Assembly (NCBI GenBank): GCA_038137215.1
Contig: JAYQBG010000007.1
Coordinates: 41,403-105,402 of the forward strand
Length of the DNA stretch: 64,000 bases
Direction: 5' to 3'
Source of the DNA: Alphaproteobacteria bacterium
GTDB lineage: Bacteria; Pseudomonadota; Alphaproteobacteria; UBA6615
Below are positions 46,274 through 56,926 of this stretch, piece by piece. A program made the position numbers and the translations under genes. The notes beneath the pieces are model-generated. The model was not told where the DNA came from. It saw only the letters and a list, made by a program, of their open reading frames with translations, and did not search any database. Within the stretch, counting starts at the first letter, position 1; each line of letters opens with the position of its first letter.

Positions 46274-46681
46274 CTATTGCGCGCCGATCACCTGGCAGCG
46301 CTTTGCCAGTTTGTGTTCAGCAGCGCCTGAGACCGGCTGGCCGTTGAAGGTGACCCGGCCATCGCTCGATACCTGCACCTCCCCGACTGTCGGACGGGCC
46401 AGGAAGGATGTGGGAATTCCCAAATTGGCGGACAGGTCGATGGTGACGGGGATGGAAATCGTATCCGGAACGCTGATCTGCGGCTGCGGGTTCAGATATG
46501 CGGGGGCAACAGCATTGCCGTTCACATCCACGCCCGCCGTATAGGCAACGTCTGCGGAGGCGACATGGGTCACCAAACGGTCACATTCGGCCTTCGTGAT
46601 GACAATGGTCGTCTGTGCACGAGTTTCCTGACCCGTCACTGAAAACACCAACAAAGACATGAAAAACATAAATATTTTCAT
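46274..46681 (-). CDS. Hypothetical secreted protein (signal peptide, about 135 aa)
   Basis: MKIFMFFMSLLVFSVTGQETRAQ signal peptide; the 5' end of the gene and the upstream region are AT-rich. Confidence 0.5.
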   Translation of the reverse strand: MKIFMFFMSLLVFSVTGQETRAQTTIVITKAECDRLVTHVASADVAYTAGVDVNGNAVAPAYLNPQPQISVPDTISIPVTIDLSANLGIPTSFLARPTVGEVQVSSDGRVTFNGQPVSGAAEHKLAKRCQVIGAQ

Positions 46682-46861
46682 GATTTCACCATAGCAATAA
46701 GAGCTTAACAAAGCAGTAACGGCAGTTTTAAGAATCACGCTAGAGTTTTACTGTATGGGGGGTGTGGCCAGTTTTGGCTGGGGTGAGTTGGTCGTCGAGT
46801 GTTTCTCGCTGACATTCCTCGCATGGCGCGTAGCAAGGACAACCACGGGAGATACACCGCA

Positions 46862-48163
46862 ATGTTCGAAAATCTGTTCAAGCTGTCGGAAAACGGAACG
46901 ACAGTCCGCATCGAAGTGATGGCGGGCCTGACGACGTTCCTGACGATGGCTTATATCATCATTGTCAATCCGGACATCATGTCCACGACAGGCATGGACA
47001 AGGGCGCCTTGTTCGTCGCGACATGTCTGGCAGCTGCCGTAGGCTGTTTCATCATGGGGCTTTGGGCCAACTACCCGGTTGCACTGGCCCCAGGGCTCGG
47101 CCTGAATGCCTTCTTTGCCTTCGGCGTTGTCGGCGGCATGGGTGTGCCATGGCAAACGGCGCTGGGCGTAATCTTCCTGTCGGGCGTGTTCTTCCTGATC
47201 ATCACAATCCTGCCGATCAGGGTCTGGATCATCAATTCGATACCAAAATCGCTGAAGATGTCGATTTCCGCGGGTATCGGTCTGTTTATTGGTGTGATTG
47301 CATTGGAAATCGCCGGCATCTCGGTCCAGGGCGACCCTGCACCGTTGGTCACTTTGGGTGCCATTACGTCCACCGAAGCCATACTTGTCGCGGTTGGTTT
47401 TGTTGCCATTGTCGGACTCGACAGACTGGGAATCAAAGGTGCGATCGTCATTGGCATCATAGCGACCGCGATCCTCGCACATATCTTTGGCGCTGCCAGC
47501 GGCACCAATATGAACTTTGAAATACCCTCGCTGGCACCGACCTTCCTGCAGCTGGATATTGCCGGAGCCCTTCAGCTCAGCATGATCTCTGTGATTATCG
47601 CATTCCTGTTCGTGGACATGTTCGATACCGCGGGCACGCTGATCGGCGTGTCACACCGGGCAGGACTTCTCGATGAAGACGGTAAGCTGCCGCGCATGGG
47701 CAAAGCCCTGTCCGCAGACAGTATCGCGACCGTCACCGGTTCGATGCTCGGCAGTTCCACGGTCACCAGCTATATCGAGAGTGCTTCGGGTGTCCGCGAA
47801 GGCGGACGGACCGGGCTGACCGCCGTCACGGTCGGGATTCTATTCGTTCTTGCGCTGATCCTGGCACCCATCATCGGCCTGGTGCCGCGCTTTGCCACGG
47901 CACCTGCACTGCTGTTCGTGGCGGTACTGATGGTTCGCGGCCTGACCGAGCTCGACTGGGACGACGTAACGGAATACGCCCCCGCTGTCCTCGCCGCGGT
48001 CGTCATGCCGTTCACCTTCTCCATTGCGCATGGGATCGCGTTCGGTTTCATCACCTACGCAGCGGCCAAGATCGTTTCGGGCCGGTTCAACGAGGCCAGC
48101 CCCGCGGTGTATGCGCTGGCTGTCGGCTTCGGGCTGCTCTACGGCTTCGATCTAATCGGCTAG
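46862..48163 (+). CDS. NCS2 family purine permease (AzgA-like adenine/guanine/hypoxanthine transporter)
   Basis: MFENLFKLSENGTTVRIEVMAGLTTFLTMAYIIIVNP... is typical of AzgA; 433 aa. Confidence 0.85.
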   Translation: MFENLFKLSENGTTVRIEVMAGLTTFLTMAYIIIVNPDIMSTTGMDKGALFVATCLAAAVGCFIMGLWANYPVALAPGLGLNAFFAFGVVGGMGVPWQTALGVIFLSGVFFLIITILPIRVWIINSIPKSLKMSISAGIGLFIGVIALEIAGISVQGDPAPLVTLGAITSTEAILVAVGFVAIVGLDRLGIKGAIVIGIIATAILAHIFGAASGTNMNFEIPSLAPTFLQLDIAGALQLSMISVIIAFLFVDMFDTAGTLIGVSHRAGLLDEDGKLPRMGKALSADSIATVTGSMLGSSTVTSYIESASGVREGGRTGLTAVTVGILFVLALILAPIIGLVPRFATAPALLFVAVLMVRGLTELDWDDVTEYAPAVLAAVVMPFTFSIAHGIAFGFITYAAAKIVSGRFNEASPAVYALAVGFGLLYGFDLIG

Positions 48164-48222
48164 CCGCACAGGGACATCAAGCGATACGGGCCGGGACATT
48201 CCCGGCCCGTTTTCGTTCGGCG

Positions 48223-48762
48223 TCAGCCGGTGACTGCCCAGGGCGGATTGTGTTTCAGGGTTTCGGCATAGATCGGGCAACTTTCCCGATGGGCCCCCGG
48301 GAGATATCCCGCACTCATCAGGAAGGATGTGGTGATTTCCCCGCCCGTGAAGCGGAAGGTCTTCTTGAACAGCTTCACCCATTGCTCTTTGTTCAATGGA
48401 TGATGGGCATCCAGCCAGTTCGCAAAACCACCATGGCTCTCGCGAATGTCCCGGATTTGCCCGGCATTGTGGATCGCGGCATTGACCTTGAGCTTGTTGC
48501 GAATAATCCCGGCATCGGACAACAACCGCGCCCGATCTCTCTCGCCATACCCCGCAACCGTATCGACATCGAACCCGTCATACGCACGCACGAAGCCCTC
48601 GCGTTTTTTGAGGATGGTCAGCCAGCTCAAGCCGGCCTGATTGACCTCAAGCATCAGGCGCTCGAAGAGCGCGGCTTCGTCACGAATCGGAAATCCGTAT
48701 TCGGTATCATGATAGGGCCCATGCCATTCATGCCCCGGCGCAATATCACAGTATCCCGACAC
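48223..48762 (-). CDS. tag: DNA-3-methyladenine glycosylase I
   Basis: 179 aa; WHGPYHDTEYG...EVNQAGLSWLTIL Tag motifs. Confidence 0.9.
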   Translation of the reverse strand: MSGYCDIAPGHEWHGPYHDTEYGFPIRDEAALFERLMLEVNQAGLSWLTILKKREGFVRAYDGFDVDTVAGYGERDRARLLSDAGIIRNKLKVNAAIHNAGQIRDIRESHGGFANWLDAHHPLNKEQWVKLFKKTFRFTGGEITTSFLMSAGYLPGAHRESCPIYAETLKHNPPWAVTG

Positions 48763-48779
48763 GTTTTCCGCCCCTTATA

Positions 48780-50024
48780 GTGGCCCCAGTTTCCGACCCG
48801 GAGAGCATACCCATTTCCAGCGCCCCGCAAACCGATGAACGCCCCGGCGTTCTGAAGATTTTCCTGACCTTTCTGGTGCTCGGCGCCACGGCGTTCGGGG
48901 GACCGGTCGCGCATTTCGGATATTTCCGGACGGAATTCGTGGACCGCCGACGATGGATCGATGAACGCGGTTATGCCGATCTGGTCTCTCTCAGCCAGTT
49001 TCTGCCCGGTCCCGCATCCAGTCAGACCGGGATCGCCATCGGCATGTTGCAGCGCGGCTGGGCCGGCGGGTTTGCGGCCTGGCTGGGTTTCACCACCCCG
49101 GCTGCCCTGATCATGATTGGCCTCGGGTTTGGCCTGTCCTTAGCCCAGACCGCCGCGGGACAAGGGGTGATTCACGGCCTGAAATTGGCGGCCGTTGCCG
49201 TGGTTGCGAATGCGCTGTGGGGCATGGCCCGCAATGCCTGCGACAGCCCGCTCAAGGCCAGCTTTGCAGCCCTGGCCTGTGTTGCGATCCTGTTCGCCGG
49301 GTCCGCCTGGCATCAGGTTCTGGTGATCGCGCTCGCCGCCATTGCCGGGGCAATCCTCATTCATGATAATTCCGGAAATCCCGAAGCGGAGGTGGTCCGC
49401 AGAGGCAGCCGGGCTATCGGTTTTTCATTGCTGATTGTGTTTGCCGCCCTGTTGTTTGGCCTGCCGCTGGTCGCGCAATCGGTCGCGTCGGGCAATCTGG
49501 ACGCCTTCACAGCCTTCTACCGGGTTGGCTCGCTGGTGTTCGGCGGGGGCCATGTGGTGCTGCCACTGCTGGAGGCCGAAATGGTCCCCACTGGCTGGAT
49601 GACGACGGATGCGTTTCTCGCCGGCTATGGCGCGGCGCAGGCCATTCCCGGGCCGATGTTTGCGCTGACCGGCTATCTGGGCAATGTCATCGACCCGGGC
49701 GGCAGTTACCTCGGCGGCTGGATCGGCGGCGTGATTGCCATTGTCGCTGTTTTCCTACCCTCGTTCCTGCTACTGGGCGCGGCCCTGCCCTACTGGGACG
49801 CATTGCGCTCCCGCACCCGGATACGATCAGCCCTGAGCGGCGTCAACGCGACGGTGGTCGGTCTGCTTCTGGCGGTTCTCTATACGCCCGTCTGGACGTC
49901 GAGCGTGCACGATGCTTCGGATTTTGCCACGGTCGTGATTGCCGCGGTCCTCCTGGCCATGTGGAAAGCGCCGTCCTGGCTGGTCGTGTTGCTCGCCGCC
50001 ATCGCCGGATTTTTCGGCGTCTAG
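48780..50024 (+). CDS. chrA: Chromate efflux transporter (fused ChrA)
   Basis: 414 aa with duplicated CHR domains. Confidence 0.85.
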   Translation: MAPVSDPESIPISSAPQTDERPGVLKIFLTFLVLGATAFGGPVAHFGYFRTEFVDRRRWIDERGYADLVSLSQFLPGPASSQTGIAIGMLQRGWAGGFAAWLGFTTPAALIMIGLGFGLSLAQTAAGQGVIHGLKLAAVAVVANALWGMARNACDSPLKASFAALACVAILFAGSAWHQVLVIALAAIAGAILIHDNSGNPEAEVVRRGSRAIGFSLLIVFAALLFGLPLVAQSVASGNLDAFTAFYRVGSLVFGGGHVVLPLLEAEMVPTGWMTTDAFLAGYGAAQAIPGPMFALTGYLGNVIDPGGSYLGGWIGGVIAIVAVFLPSFLLLGAALPYWDALRSRTRIRSALSGVNATVVGLLLAVLYTPVWTSSVHDASDFATVVIAAVLLAMWKAPSWLVVLLAAIAGFFGV

Positions 50025-50278
50025 CCGGGATCAAATCTCTCGGCCAGCTCCCGGAGCGAAAAGGCACCGGAGTCGATCACCAGATAGATGATCGCAAACG
50101 CCACCGCTGTGATCCCGGTGGTGACCAGAACTTTCCTGAAGACCATGGGTTTGGACGGGGCCCCGTGGTCGTGACCGGCTTCCGGGTTCTCCGTCCGGCT
50201 GACACCCCATGGCAACACCAGGAACAGGGTAACCCACCAGATGATGATGATGACAACGATGCCCGTGACAAGGTTCAT
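50021..50278 (-). CDS. DUF1467 family small membrane protein
   Basis: 85 aa with two TM helices; conserved neighbour of mce and rnj in alphaproteobacteria. Confidence 0.6.
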   Translation of the reverse strand: MNLVTGIVVIIIIWWVTLFLVLPWGVSRTENPEAGHDHGAPSKPMVFRKVLVTTGITAVAFAIIYLVIDSGAFSLRELAERFDPG

Positions 50279-50284
50279 GACGGT

Positions 50285-50689
50285 CTAGACCTGTTCGAGT
50301 TCCACAAGAGTGCCTGCGAAATCCTTCGGATGCAAAAATAGCACCGGCTTGTTGTGGGCACCGTTTTTCGGCTCGCCATCACCGAGGACGCGCGCACCTT
50401 CAGCCAGAAGCCTGTCGCGCGCTGCGTAGATGTCGTCCACCTCGCAACAGACATGGTGCATGCCGCCGGAAGGATTTTTCTCCAGGAACCCCGCGATGGG
50501 GGAGTTCTCACCCAGCGGGTACAACAACTCGATCTTCGTGTTGGGCAGTTCGACGAAGACGGTGGTCACACCATGATCGGGGAGATCCATCGGCGCAGAA
50601 ACCTTCGCACCAAGCGTGTTGGCATAGACCGCGGTCGCCGCTGCCAGATCCGGCACCACGATCGCCACATGATTCAGTCTTCCGATCAC
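50285..50689 (-). CDS. mce: Methylmalonyl-CoA epimerase (VOC family)
   Basis: 134 aa glyoxalase-fold protein, MIGRLNHVAIVVPDL...; conserved position next to RNase J. Confidence 0.75.
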   Translation of the reverse strand: MIGRLNHVAIVVPDLAAATAVYANTLGAKVSAPMDLPDHGVTTVFVELPNTKIELLYPLGENSPIAGFLEKNPSGGMHHVCCEVDDIYAARDRLLAEGARVLGDGEPKNGAHNKPVLFLHPKDFAGTLVELEQV

Positions 50690-50701
50690 TGCGTGTCTCT
50701 C

Positions 50702-52372
50702 CTAGTCGTCCAGGCGGACCAGATGTACATCTGTGGTCGGGCTTTTCCCCCGGCGGGTCCGGAAACTCTTGCGGACCGCCCGGCGCAGCAACTCGATCAT
50801 GGCATCGTCATTGTCCCGCTGCTTACCCTTTGCACCGGCGAGCGAATCCAGGACGTCATCAATCACATCATCCATGAGATCGTAGTCATCATCACTGTCC
50901 CCGAGAAGACCCGGTGCCGAAAGCTGGGGTTCGGCAACAAGCTGGTTGTCCTCGTCGATCACCACCGTCAGCACGGCCGAGCCATTCCACAGCATATGGG
51001 CGCGCTCGCGCAGACTGGGATCGGTGATGCGGATGAGATCTGTCCCATCCAGCGCCAGACGCCCGGACTGCACCTGACCACAGATTTCCGCACCCTCCGC
51101 ATTCAGGCGCAAAACATCGCCGTTGGAGATGATCGGCGTATGCTCCACGCCGCTTTCGCGCGCAATCCTGGCATGGGCGCTCAGATGCGGGGCTTCACCA
51201 TGAACAGGCACCGCGATCTTCGGTTTGATCCACTCATACATCTGCCGCAACTCATCCTGCGCGGGATGCCCCGAGACATGCACGAAGTGATCCCGCTCGG
51301 TGACAACGTTGATGCCCTGGGATGTCAGCATGCTCTGCATCTGCCCGATCGGGCGCTCGTTGCCGGGAATGATACGCGAGGAGAACACCACGGTATCGCC
51401 TTCTTCGAAAGAGATATGCGGATGGTCGCCCCGGGCGATTCGCGGCAGAGCCGCGCGCGGTTCGCCCTGGCTGCCGGTGCAGATCATCAGGACATTGTCC
51501 CGGGGCAGCTGCATCGCCTCCTCTTCGCGCAGGAAAGGCGGCAAATCCTTGAGGTAGCCGGTCTCCCGTGCTGCATCGGTCATGGTCCAGAGCGAGCGCC
51601 CCACAAGCCCGACCGCGCGGCCATGCGCATGTGCGACTTCGGCCAGCGTCTGAACCCGCGCAACATTGCTGGCGAAACAGGCAAAGATCACCCGGTTTTC
51701 CATGGTTCCCACGAAATCCATCAGGCTGGCATGCACATCGGCTTCGGATCCGCTATGGCCTTCGACAACGGCATTGGTGGAATCACCGATCATCGCCAGG
51801 ACACCGGCCTCACCGACCGCACGCAACGCCTCCTTGTCGGGCGTGACCCCGATCATGGGGCCCTCATCGAGCTTCCAGTCGCCGGTGTGATAGATCGTGC
51901 CCGCCTCGGTCCGGATGATAACCCCGCTGGGCTCGGGGATCGAATGGGTCATGTTCACCAGCGTCAGATCGAAGGGATCGAGCGGGATATTCCCGGACAA
52001 CGGGACCTCGTGGATCTTCACCTTGCCGCCGATTCCGGCTTCGTCCAGCTTCCGGCGCAGGATCTTCGCCGTGAACGCCGTCGCATAAACCGGGCAGCGC
52101 AAGCGCGGCCAGAGATGGGCGACGGCTCCCACATGATCTTCGTGCGCGTGGGTGATCAGGATTCCGACAAGGTCCTTGCGGCGTTCCTCGATGAAGGTCG
52201 GATCGGCCATCATCACATCGACACCGGGCAGGCTCGGATCGCCAAACGTGACGCCGCAATCGACGATGAGCCATTTGCCGTCATGGCCATAGACATTGAG
52301 GTTCATACCGATTTCGCCCGTACCGCCAAGGGGTACGAACAGAACTTCGTCTGAACTGGGAACGAGAGACAT
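50702..52372 (-). CDS. rnj: Ribonuclease J
   Basis: 556 aa; metallo-beta-lactamase HxHxDH motif (ILITHAHEDHVGA) and beta-CASP domain. Confidence 0.9.
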   Translation of the reverse strand: MSLVPSSDEVLFVPLGGTGEIGMNLNVYGHDGKWLIVDCGVTFGDPSLPGVDVMMADPTFIEERRKDLVGILITHAHEDHVGAVAHLWPRLRCPVYATAFTAKILRRKLDEAGIGGKVKIHEVPLSGNIPLDPFDLTLVNMTHSIPEPSGVIIRTEAGTIYHTGDWKLDEGPMIGVTPDKEALRAVGEAGVLAMIGDSTNAVVEGHSGSEADVHASLMDFVGTMENRVIFACFASNVARVQTLAEVAHAHGRAVGLVGRSLWTMTDAARETGYLKDLPPFLREEEAMQLPRDNVLMICTGSQGEPRAALPRIARGDHPHISFEEGDTVVFSSRIIPGNERPIGQMQSMLTSQGINVVTERDHFVHVSGHPAQDELRQMYEWIKPKIAVPVHGEAPHLSAHARIARESGVEHTPIISNGDVLRLNAEGAEICGQVQSGRLALDGTDLIRITDPSLRERAHMLWNGSAVLTVVIDEDNQLVAEPQLSAPGLLGDSDDDYDLMDDVIDDVLDSLAGAKGKQRDNDDAMIELLRRAVRKSFRTRRGKSPTTDVHLVRLDD

Positions 52373-52392
52373 GATGCGGGGAAACCTTATCT

Positions 52393-53169
52393 TCAGGCGA
52401 TGCCGTTGCGGCGGGCGACTTCCCGCAGACCGATCAGGGTCAGGTCGGGTTCGGTCGTGTCGATAACATCGGTGACATCGGCGAACAGGGATGCCAGTCC
52501 GCCGGTTGCCACAACGGTCACCGGTTTTGCGTATTCCGCCGCAATTCGCGGCACGAGCCCCTCGATCATCGAGACATAGCCCCAGAAAATACCGGACTGC
52601 ATGGCCGGGACCGTGGCTCCGCCGATGACCTTGTCGGGCCGCTCGATATTGACCCGGGGCAACAGCGCACCGGCGGTGTAGAGCGCTTCCACGGACAGGT
52701 TGATGCCGGGCGCGATGACCCCGCCGCGGAAGTTCCCCTCCGCATCGATAATGTCGAAGGTGGTGGCGGTTCCGAAATCGATCACGATCAGATCGCCGGG
52801 ATATTTCAGATGCGCGCCCACGGCGGCCACCAGGCGGTCCGCACCGGCCTGTTCGGGACGTTCGATCATCACCTCGATGCCCAGATCGACATCCGAGTCG
52901 CGCACGACCAGCGGCGTGACGCCAAAATGCGATTCCAAAAGGTTGGTCAGGTTACGCCGCGTTCCCGGTACGACCGTGGTGACAATCGCATGATTGATAT
53001 CGGCCACGGAAAGCCCCTTCAGCGACATCAGCTGAGTCAGCCAGACGGCGTACTCGTCCGCCGTACGCTGGGCATTCGTGGCAATCCGCCAGTTCCCGCG
53101 TTGTGTATCACCCTCATACACGGCGAAAACGGTGTTCGTGTTTCCACAATCCACGGCAAGCAGCATCAC
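52393..53169 (-). CDS. coaX: Type III pantothenate kinase
   Basis: [20 protein letters not shown] start. Confidence 0.9.
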   Translation of the reverse strand: MMLLAVDCGNTNTVFAVYEGDTQRGNWRIATNAQRTADEYAVWLTQLMSLKGLSVADINHAIVTTVVPGTRRNLTNLLESHFGVTPLVVRDSDVDLGIEVMIERPEQAGADRLVAAVGAHLKYPGDLIVIDFGTATTFDIIDAEGNFRGGVIAPGINLSVEALYTAGALLPRVNIERPDKVIGGATVPAMQSGIFWGYVSMIEGLVPRIAAEYAKPVTVVATGGLASLFADVTDVIDTTEPDLTLIGLREVARRNGIA

Positions 53170-53930
53170 GACTCTCCTGTTGCGGGGTGGTTGACCGGGA
53201 AGACATCCCCGGCCGCAACATAGTGCAGGCGATCATCATACCGCAGGGCAAGGTTTCCGGCAGCATCAATCCCCTCAAACCGGCCCTCAATCGCGCCATC
53301 CGGCAACTTCACCGAGATCGGCGTCCCGAAATCGAATGCGAACGCGCTCCAATTGAAACGAACAGGCGCAAACCCGTCCTTGCGCCATTCGTCCAGCAGG
53401 GGCATCAGTTTCGCCAGAAACGCTTCGAGCAGTGTTTCAACCTCCACCTCAGCGCCTATCGAGCGCAAGCTCGCGGCATCGGACAATGCCTCGGGGATCA
53501 CGTCCACGTTCACACCAATTCCGGCCACAACCCAGGCAACGCCGCCCTTGCCGTCATCGGCACTGTCCAACAGGATGCCCGACAGTTTCTTGCCGTCATG
53601 GACGAGATCGTTCGGCCATTTCAGTGTCACCGGCACATCGGTCAGGTCCCGGATCGCGCCTGCCATAGCAACGCCCAGAACAAATCCGATCTGCGGTGCC
53701 TCTACCACCCGGCAGGACGGTCGGAACAGAATCGAAAGGTAGAGATTGCCCGGCGGAGATGTCCATTCCCGGCCATGACGGCCCCGACCTGCGGTCTGTT
53801 CGCGGGCCCAGACGATGGTGCGGTCGGGCGCGCCCGCTTCCGCCAGACGCCGCGCTTCTTCGCTCGTGCTGCCGATCTGATCAAACGCGTGCAGTTCACA
53901 CCCGTCGGGCACCGCCTGCGGTCGCGTCAT
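53166..53930 (-). CDS. birA: Biotin--[acetyl-CoA-carboxylase] ligase
   Basis: 254 aa BirA catalytic domain ([12 protein letters not shown]). Confidence 0.85.
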   Translation of the reverse strand: MTRPQAVPDGCELHAFDQIGSTSEEARRLAEAGAPDRTIVWAREQTAGRGRHGREWTSPPGNLYLSILFRPSCRVVEAPQIGFVLGVAMAGAIRDLTDVPVTLKWPNDLVHDGKKLSGILLDSADDGKGGVAWVVAGIGVNVDVIPEALSDAASLRSIGAEVEVETLLEAFLAKLMPLLDEWRKDGFAPVRFNWSAFAFDFGTPISVKLPDGAIEGRFEGIDAAGNLALRYDDRLHYVAAGDVFPVNHPATGES

Positions 53931-55372
53931 GCGGAAAACAGAACCGCCGCCGCCGCTTCTGCACCTGAATAGACAGGCGCCAGACCAATGAAGAAGAACA
54001 GGGTGATCACGGCGGTCGCCGTCACCAGAACGGTGATTTCACGGCCCTGAGGCTTGTCGAACGCCTCATTGGCCTCATCGAAGTACATCACCTTGATGAT
54101 GCGCAGATAGTAGAAGGCGCCCACGACACTGGTCAGCAGACCGACAACGGCCAGTACATAGAGTTCGGCATCAATGGCCGCGCGGAACACGAACAGTTTC
54201 GCGAAAAAACCGCCCAGTGGCGGAATTCCGGCCATAGAGAACATGAAGATCGCAAGCGCACCGGCCATCATGGGGTTGGTTTTGCTCAACCCGGACAACT
54301 CGTCGATATCTTCGACCATGCGCCCGGCCCGACGCATCGCCAGGATGCAGCCGAAGGTCCCGATATTCATGAACAGGTAAACCGTCAGATAGACGAGAAT
54401 ACCGGTTACGCCCTGTTCATTGCCGGCGGCCAGACCGACCAGGACAAATCCCATATGACCGATGGAGCTATAGGCCATCAAACGCTTGATATTTGTCTGC
54501 ACGATGGCCGCAAACGAGCCCAGGATCATTGAGGCCAGCGAAATGAACCAGATCACCTGCTGCCATTCCAAAACGAGCGCGCCAAAGGGCTCGAGCATCA
54601 CTCGAACAAACAGCGCCATGGCGGCGATCTTCGGGGCAATAGCGAAGAAGGCTGTGACGGGCGTGGGCGCGCCTTCGTACACATCCGGTGTCCACATGTG
54701 GAACGGCACCGCCGAAACCTTGAACGCCAGCCCCGCCGCGATGAAAACAAGCCCGACGATCACTCCGATCGACGGGTCCGTGTCGGCCACGAACAACTGC
54801 GCAAGAGCCTCAAAATTGGTTGTGCCGGCAAAGCCGTACACAAGCGTCATGCCGTATAGCAGGATCCCCGAGCTCAGGGCGCCGAGCACGAAGTACTTCA
54901 GGCCGGCTTCCGAAGACCGGAGGGTTTCGCGCCGGATTGCCGCAATCACGTAGAGCGAAAGGCTCTGCAACTCGATGCCGATATAGAGGGACATCAGATC
55001 ATTGGCCGAAACCATCATCATCATGCCCAGCACGGCAAAGAGGATGAGAATCGGGAATTCGAACTGATCGATCCCCTCACGCAGATTGAACGGCACCGCC
55101 AAAATCAGCGCGAGCGCCGCGCCCAGGATCAGCAGAACTTTTGCAAAGACTGCAAAGTCATCGACAACGAACTGGCTTCCGAAAGCCAGCGAGGTTCCCG
55201 CTGGTCCGGCCAGAACAAGAAGTCCGGTCACGAACAGAACGCCCACACTCAGCCATGAGATGAAGCGGGCTGAATTTTTCTGACGGAACGCACCGAACAT
55301 CAGCAACACCATGGCGGCGATGGCGACGAACAGTTCCGGGCGGATGACGGCCAGATCGGCAGCGATATTCAT
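53927..55372 (-). CDS. nuoN: NADH-quinone oxidoreductase subunit N
   Basis: 481 aa antiporter-like subunit; nuo operon order. Confidence 0.95.
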   Translation of the reverse strand: MNIAADLAVIRPELFVAIAAMVLLMFGAFRQKNSARFISWLSVGVLFVTGLLVLAGPAGTSLAFGSQFVVDDFAVFAKVLLILGAALALILAVPFNLREGIDQFEFPILILFAVLGMMMMVSANDLMSLYIGIELQSLSLYVIAAIRRETLRSSEAGLKYFVLGALSSGILLYGMTLVYGFAGTTNFEALAQLFVADTDPSIGVIVGLVFIAAGLAFKVSAVPFHMWTPDVYEGAPTPVTAFFAIAPKIAAMALFVRVMLEPFGALVLEWQQVIWFISLASMILGSFAAIVQTNIKRLMAYSSIGHMGFVLVGLAAGNEQGVTGILVYLTVYLFMNIGTFGCILAMRRAGRMVEDIDELSGLSKTNPMMAGALAIFMFSMAGIPPLGGFFAKLFVFRAAIDAELYVLAVVGLLTSVVGAFYYLRIIKVMYFDEANEAFDKPQGREITVLVTATAVITLFFFIGLAPVYSGAEAAAAVLFSA

Positions 55373-55387
55373 GTCTCGTCCCCTCGC

Positions 55388-56914
55388 CTAACGCCCGGCC
55401 ACGCCAACGGCCACATCAACGGCCTCGCCCACGGCAAGGGCGGATTGATAGTTCTGCAACAGGTTCGACACGGTCGCATCAAAAACACTCAGGAATGGGT
55501 CCGGCCAGATCCCCATCCAGACCACCAAAACGATGAGCGGCGCAAAAATCGCAATCTCACGGGGTTCCAGATCAACAATCTGCTTGAGATGTTCCTTGTC
55601 GAGCTTGCCGAACACCACACGCCGGTAGAGATAGAGCATATAGGCCGCGCCGAGAATCACGCCGGTTGAAGCAAGCAACGCCACCCAGGTGTTGTCCTGG
55701 AACGCGCCGACCAAAATCAGGAACTCACCCACGAAGCCGCCAGTCCCCGGTAGCCCCACAGATCCGAGCATGAATATCATGAAGACAAAGGCATAACGCG
55801 GCATACGTTCGACCAGCCCGCCGTAATGCGCGATCTCGCGGCTGTGTTCGCGGTCATAGATCACACCGACGCACAGGAACAGAGCGGCCGAGATGATGCC
55901 GTGGCTCAGCATCTGGAACAGCGCGCCGTCGATCCCCTGCTGGGTCGCGGTGAAGATTCCGATGGTCACGAAACCCATATGGGCAACCGATGAGTACGCA
56001 ATCAGCTTCTTCATGTCCTCCTGGGCGAGCGCCACAAGCGAGGTGTAGATGATCGCGATGACTGAGAGGGTATAGACAAGCGGCACGAACAATTCGGATG
56101 CAATCGGCAACATCGGCAGCGAAAACCGCAGGAAACCGTACCCGCCCATCTTCAGGAGAACACCGGCGAGGATCACCGAACCGGCTGTGGGCGCTTCCAC
56201 ATGAGCATCGGGCAGCCAGGTGTGCACCGGCCACATGGGCATCTTCACCGCAAAGGAAGCAAAGAACGCCAGCCAGAGCCAGGTCTGCATCTCCGGCGGA
56301 ACGGCATAGGCGATCAAGGTCTGAATATCCGTTGTCCCGGCTTCGAAATAGAGCACCAGCAACGCTGCCAGCAGCAGAACCGAACCCGCCAGCGTGTAGA
56401 GGAAGAACTTAAAGGCCGAATACACCCGCCGCGGTCCGCCCCAGACACCGATGATGATGAACATCGGGATCAGAACCGCCTCGAAGAAGATGTAGAACAT
56501 CACGAAATCGAGGGCCGCGAACGTGCCGATCATCATCGTTTCCAGAACAAGAAACGCGATCATGTATTCCTTGACCCGATTGGTAATGGCTTTCCAGGAG
56601 GCAAGCACACAAATCGGCGTGAGGAATGTGGACAGGATGACGAAGAACAGCGAAATCCCGTCAATGCCCATGTGATAGGCGATATTGAGTGTCGGTAACC
56701 ACTCGAACTTCTCGACAAACTGGAAGTCCGAGGTGGTCGGGTCGAAGTTGAACCAGAGCAGCAGGCTGATGACGAAGGTGGCGAGCGATGTCCACAACGC
56801 CGCCCAGCGCGCATTGCGCGCAAGGATATGCTCCTCACCCCGGATCAGCAGAATGAACAGGACCCCTACCAGCGGCAGGAAGGTTGTCAGGGAAAGAATG
56901 GGAAAAGAATCCAT
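55388..56914 (-). CDS. nuoM: NADH-quinone oxidoreductase subunit M
   Basis: 508 aa. Confidence 0.95.
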   Translation of the reverse strand: MDSFPILSLTTFLPLVGVLFILLIRGEEHILARNARWAALWTSLATFVISLLLWFNFDPTTSDFQFVEKFEWLPTLNIAYHMGIDGISLFFVILSTFLTPICVLASWKAITNRVKEYMIAFLVLETMMIGTFAALDFVMFYIFFEAVLIPMFIIIGVWGGPRRVYSAFKFFLYTLAGSVLLLAALLVLYFEAGTTDIQTLIAYAVPPEMQTWLWLAFFASFAVKMPMWPVHTWLPDAHVEAPTAGSVILAGVLLKMGGYGFLRFSLPMLPIASELFVPLVYTLSVIAIIYTSLVALAQEDMKKLIAYSSVAHMGFVTIGIFTATQQGIDGALFQMLSHGIISAALFLCVGVIYDREHSREIAHYGGLVERMPRYAFVFMIFMLGSVGLPGTGGFVGEFLILVGAFQDNTWVALLASTGVILGAAYMLYLYRRVVFGKLDKEHLKQIVDLEPREIAIFAPLIVLVVWMGIWPDPFLSVFDATVSNLLQNYQSALAVGEAVDVAVGVAGR

Positions 56915-56926
56915 GATGCGCCGCCC

